Source: Actinospica robiniae DSM 44927
Lineage (GTDB): Bacteria; Actinomycetota; Actinomycetes; Streptomycetales; Catenulisporaceae
Length of the DNA: 24,000 nt
Assembly: GCF_000504285.1 (NCBI RefSeq)
Contig: NZ_KI632511.1
Span: forward strand, 5,228,154-5,252,153
Direction of reading: 5' to 3'
Position 1 is the stretch's first letter. Each line of letters opens with the position of its first letter. This document shows positions 20,892-24,000 of this stretch, piece after piece. A program made the position numbers and the translations under genes. Under the pieces are notes generated by a model, which saw only the letters and a list, made by a program, of their open reading frames with translations, was not told the origin of the DNA and ran no database searches.

Positions 20892-21101
20892 CTACTTCTT
20901 CTTGCCGAAGCGCGCTTCGAACTTGGCGACCCGGCCGCCGGTGTCGAGGATGCGCTGCTTGCCCGTGTAGAACGGGTGGCACTGCGAGCACGTGTCCGAG
21001 CTGATCTTGCCGCTGGCCACGGTCGAGCGGGTCTCGAAGGTGTTGCCGCAGGCGCAGGTCACGGTCGTGGCCGCGTACTCCGGGTGGATACCGGGCTTCA
21101 T
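20892..21101 (-). CDS. rpmE: 50S ribosomal protein L31 (zinc-ribbon, type A)
   Basis: 69 aa: MKPGIHPEY...TCACGNTF...[17 protein letters not shown] Shine-Dalgarno upstream. Confidence 0.96.
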   Translation of the reverse strand: MKPGIHPEYAATTVTCACGNTFETRSTVASGKISSDTCSQCHPFYTGKQRILDTGGRVAKFEARFGKKK

Positions 21102-21184
21102 GGGTGCTCCTAGGTTCTCGGGGCCGCCGGGTCGCCGGCGCGGAGATGCGCGGACGGGAACCGGGACCGACGTACCATCCTACA

Positions 21185-21220
21185 ACGGCGGAAGGCCGGG
21201 TATTCCCGCCCTTCCGCCGT
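21185..21220 (-). terminator. GC hairpin downstream of rho
   Basis: ACGGCGGAAGGCCGGG (21185-21200), TATT loop, CCCGCCCTTCCGCCGT (21205-21220): 15 of 16 bp paired. Lies 43 nt after the rho stop. No U-tract. A TAGGAT hexamer follows on the minus strand at 21182-21177. Confidence 0.45.
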
Positions 21221-21263
21221 CGCGGACCGTACGCACATCAGTGGGTATACGGAGAGTGACTGC

Positions 21264-23219
21264 TTACTCTCCGCCGCCGGGCGCCGTCTTCTGGATCGTC
21301 ATCAGGAACTCGGCGTTGGACTTGGTCTTCTTCATCCGGTCCAGCAGGAGTTCCATCGCCTGCTGCTGGTCGAGCGCGTGCAGCACCCGGCGCAGCTTCC
21401 AGATGATGGCCAGCTCCTCGGCGCCCAGCAGGATCTCCTCCTTGCGGGTGCCGGACTGGTCCACGTCCACGGCCGGGAAGATGCGCTTGTCGGCCAGGCG
21501 GCGGTCCAGCTTGAGCTCCAGGTTGCCGGTGCCCTTGAACTCCTCGAAGATCACCTCGTCGGCCTTCGAGCCGGTCTCCACCAGCGCGGTGGCCAGGATG
21601 GTGAGCGAGCCGCCGTGCTCGATGTTGCGCGCGGCGCCGAAGAAGCGCTTCGGCGGGTAGAGCGCGGTGGAGTCCACACCGCCGGACATGATCCGGCCGG
21701 AGGCGGGCGCGGACAGGTTGTACGCGCGGCCCAGGCGGGTCATCGAGTCGAGCAGCACGACCACGTCCTGGCCCAGCTCGACCAGGCGCTTGGCCCGCTC
21801 GATGGCCAGCTCGGCGACGATGGTGTGGTCCTCGGCCGGGCGGTCGAAGGTCGAGGCGATGACCTCGCCCTTGACCGAGCGCTGCATGTCGGTGACCTCT
21901 TCCGGCCGCTCGTCCACGAGCACGACCATGAGGTGCACTTCCGGGTTGTTCGTGGTGATCGCGTTGGCGATCGCCTGCAGCACCATGGTCTTGCCCGCCT
22001 TCGGCGGGGAGACGATCAGACCGCGCTGGCCCTTGCCGATGGGGGCGACCAGGTCGATGATCCGGGTGGTCAGCTTGGCCGACTCGCTCTCCAGGCGCAG
22101 CCGCTCCTGCGGGTACAGGGGGGTGAGCTTGTTGAAGTCGGGCCGCTGGGACACCTGGTCCGGGGCCAGGCCGTTGATGGAGTCCAGGCGCACCAGCGCG
22201 TTGAACTTCTCCCGGCGCTCGCCCTCGCGCGGCTGGCGCACCGCGCCGACGATCGCGTCGCCCTTGCGCAGGCCGTACCGGCGCACCTGGGCGAGCGAGA
22301 CGTACACGTCGTTCGGCCCGGGCATGTAGCCGGTGGTGCGCACGAACGCGTAGCTGTCCAGGACGTCCAGGATGCCCGCGATCGGGATCAGCACGTCGTC
22401 CTCGGCGAACTGCGGCTCGGGCGCCTGGGTGCCCTCGAAGCCGTCGCGGCCGCGCCGGCCCCGGCCTCGCTCGCGGTACCGGTTGCCCCGGTCGTCGTTC
22501 TGCGCGTTGTCCCGGTTCGCGTCCCGGCCGCCGCCGCTCTGCGGCGGCTGGCTGCCGCGCCGGTCGCCGCGCTCGCCGCGGTCCCCACGGTCGCCGCGGT
22601 CGCCGCCGCGCTCGTTCTGGCCGCCGTCGCGGCCGCGACGGCGCTCACGCTCGCGCTCGCGGCGGGAGAGCCGCTGGCCGTCGGCCTGGCCGGCCTCGCC
22701 GCCGGCCGCGGGGGCCTGGGTCTGCGTCTGGATCTGCGCCGGAGCGGCGGCGGGCGCCTCGGCCACCGCGGTGGCGCTCGCGCTCGTGCTCGCGGTCTGC
22801 TGGCGGGACCGGCGCGAGGGCTGGGCCTCGGCCTGCGGCTCGGCCGCCGGCTGGCTCGACGTGGCGGGGGCCTCGGCCGCCGGGCGGGTCTGCTCGGGGA
22901 TGCGCTGCTGCGGCGCGGTGGCGCGACGGCCACGGGTGCGCTCGCGCGGAGCGGACTCGGCGGAGCCCGACTCCTGCGGCTCGGCGGCCGACTCGCCGCC
23001 CTTGCCGCCGCGGGAGGGCTTCTCCCGCTCCGACTGCACACCGCCGCCCTGGTGCTGCTCGATAGCCTCGATCAGCGCGCTCTTGGGCATCCGGGTCGCG
23101 CCCTTGATGCCGAGCTCGGAGGCCTTGAGCCGAAGCTCGGGCAGCAGCAGTCCGGCCAGGCCGGGGCCGCCGCCGGTGGATCGACGGCGTGCGGTGGTCA
23201 GTTCGGTGGTTTCGCTCAC
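21264..23219 (-). CDS. rho: Transcription termination factor Rho with a large N-terminal insertion domain
   Basis: Track ORF trimmed to the GTG at 23219 (GGGAAGGA 6 nt upstream; VSETTELTT...). N-terminal helix bundle LPELRLKASELGIKGATRMPKSALIEAIE. An insertion of about 216 aa that is R/G/D/Q/A-rich. CSD-like domain GILDVLDSYAFVRTTGY. P-loop PPKAGKT. Conserved C-terminal ATPase. Confidence 0.95.
   Translation of the reverse strand: MSETTELTTARRRSTGGGPGLAGLLLPELRLKASELGIKGATRMPKSALIEAIEQHQGGGVQSEREKPSRGGKGGESAAEPQESGSAESAPRERTRGRRATAPQQRIPEQTRPAAEAPATSSQPAAEPQAEAQPSRRSRQQTASTSASATAVAEAPAAAPAQIQTQTQAPAAGGEAGQADGQRLSRRERERERRRGRDGGQNERGGDRGDRGDRGERGDRRGSQPPQSGGGRDANRDNAQNDDRGNRYRERGRGRRGRDGFEGTQAPEPQFAEDDVLIPIAGILDVLDSYAFVRTTGYMPGPNDVYVSLAQVRRYGLRKGDAIVGAVRQPREGERREKFNALVRLDSINGLAPDQVSQRPDFNKLTPLYPQERLRLESESAKLTTRIIDLVAPIGKGQRGLIVSPPKAGKTMVLQAIANAITTNNPEVHLMVVLVDERPEEVTDMQRSVKGEVIASTFDRPAEDHTIVAELAIERAKRLVELGQDVVVLLDSMTRLGRAYNLSAPASGRIMSGGVDSTALYPPKRFFGAARNIEHGGSLTILATALVETGSKADEVIFEEFKGTGNLELKLDRRLADKRIFPAVDVDQSGTRKEEILLGAEELAIIWKLRRVLHALDQQQAMELLLDRMKKTKSNAEFLMTIQKTAPGGGE
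22563..22607 (-). repeat. Five tandem 9-nt units encoding GGD-RGD-RGD-RGE-RGD inside the rho insertion
   Basis: Plus-strand units are gtcgccgcg, ctcgccgcg, gtccccacg, gtcgccgcg and gtcgccgcc (22563-22607). The reverse complement reads (C/G)GNGGNGA(C/G) triplet-codon repeats. Confidence 0.9.
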
Positions 23220-23572
23220 GAAGGGTCCTTCCCTGGAGCGGGCGCCGCGCGGCATGCGCCGGAGCGGCGACCGGTCGTGCCCCCGGCCTGCGCCGTGAGG
23301 CGATGGCGGCCGAGGACCATGGGTTTCGAGGCCTGGCCGTCGACGGGGGTGTCGGCACGGGCGGCGTGACGCCGCGCGCGCGGGACGACCGCGACGGGAC
23401 TGCCAGGAGGAGGGGGCAACTGAGTTCTACTGCGCGGTGGGAACGGTGGCTGTCATAGGGATTCCAGCCCGCGTACCGCCGCGAACACCGGTTGCGACAC
23501 CCAGACTAACACTTTCTCGCCATTGTGGCATTCCCCACCTTCCGTGCCCGGCGTTTCGCCGCCGCTGCCCAC

Positions 23573-24000
23573 TCACCGTTCCCGCTGACCGGCCCGGACT
23601 CCGTCGACTGCCACCCCGCGCGCGGCGACCGGGAGCATCACGGCGGTGAAGGGTGCGCCCACCGCCGCGATTCCGGGGCGAGCATACTGCGCCGGCCGGA
23701 GAGCGGCGGCTCCTGCCACGCCGAAGGCCAGCACGGACGGGCCCGCGCCGGAGACCACGGACGGGTGTCCGTCCGCGCGCAGCAGCCCGATCAGGCCCGC
23801 GCTCGGTTCCATCGCGCTCGCGCGGTAGTCCTGGTGCAGCCGGTCGGCCGTGCCGGCGTACAGCAGTTCCCTACGACGCTCCGGGGCCAGATCCGGCGAC
23901 GTGAGCGCGAGCGCGAGCAGACCGGCCCGGCCGGCGTTGAACGAGGCGTCCGCGTGCGGGACCTCCTTCGGCAGCAGACCCCGCGCGACGTGCGTGGAGA
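23573..24000 (-). CDS. thrB: Homoserine kinase, C-terminal part (5' end lies beyond the window)
   Basis: The reading frame is open from the window edge: ...STHVARGLLPKEVPHADASFNAGRAGLLALAL...ADRLHQDYRASAMEPSAGLIGLLRADGHPSVVSGAGPSVLAF..., a GHMP-kinase C-terminus. Stop TGA at 23575-23573. Lies upstream of rho, as Rv1296/Rv1297 are in M. tuberculosis. Confidence 0.85.
   Translation of the reverse strand, partial: STHVARGLLPKEVPHADASFNAGRAGLLALALTSPDLAPERRRELLYAGTADRLHQDYRASAMEPSAGLIGLLRADGHPSVVSGAGPSVLAFGVAGAAALRPAQYARPGIAAVGAPFTAVMLPVAARGVAVDGVRAGQRER

Noticed and set aside
22563-22607. RGD tripeptide repeats in Rho, considered as an adhesion (integrin-binding) motif, or the 9-nt repeats as a CRISPR-like or minisatellite element.
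   Set aside because: They lie inside a cytoplasmic housekeeping protein's known RG-rich insertion. The units are contiguous coding triplets with no spacers. This is compositional low complexity, not an array or adhesin.

Overview
This is a very GC-rich actinobacterial core-chromosome segment. Its proteins and gene order look Streptomyces-like, and the block is colinear with M. tuberculosis Rv1296-Rv1314c.

Left part: a divergent pair of an Rv2466c-like DsbA-fold oxidoreductase (-) and aminopeptidase N pepN (+). These are followed by 3-hydroxybutyryl-CoA dehydrogenase (-), a PduO-type corrinoid adenosyltransferase (+) and a DUF2550 membrane protein (-).

From about 5.0 kb to the right edge almost everything is on the minus strand. 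This block holds a complete F1Fo ATP synthase operon (atpI-like, atpZ-like, atpB-E-F-H-A-G-D-C), a wecA-type GlcNAc-1-P transferase, glyA, tsaC, prmC, prfA, rpmE, rho (with the long actinobacterial RG-rich insertion) and the 3' part of thrB. The only plus-strand gene inside it is a secreted Rpf-LysM muralytic protein, whose leader carries a recognisable ydaO/yuaA-class (c-di-AMP) riboswitch.

Several track ORFs were trimmed to internal starts supported by family N-termini and Shine-Dalgarno spacing.

I found no tRNA/rRNA, CRISPR array, transposase/integrase, toxin-antitoxin or defence-like genes. Every long unlisted ORF is an antisense or out-of-frame shadow typical of high-GC DNA. My reading is that this is an ordinary, deeply conserved housekeeping region with no evidence of a novel multi-gene system.

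The points worth a second look are modest:
- the riboswitch-rpf unit and its AT-rich control region;
- a 37-bp back-to-back leaderless promoter arrangement;
- strong GC hairpins at gene junctions, notably between atpD and atpC;
- a CPWA (single-cysteine) variant of the Rv2466c active site;
- low-complexity and tandem-repeat coding tracts in rho, atpD and rpf.
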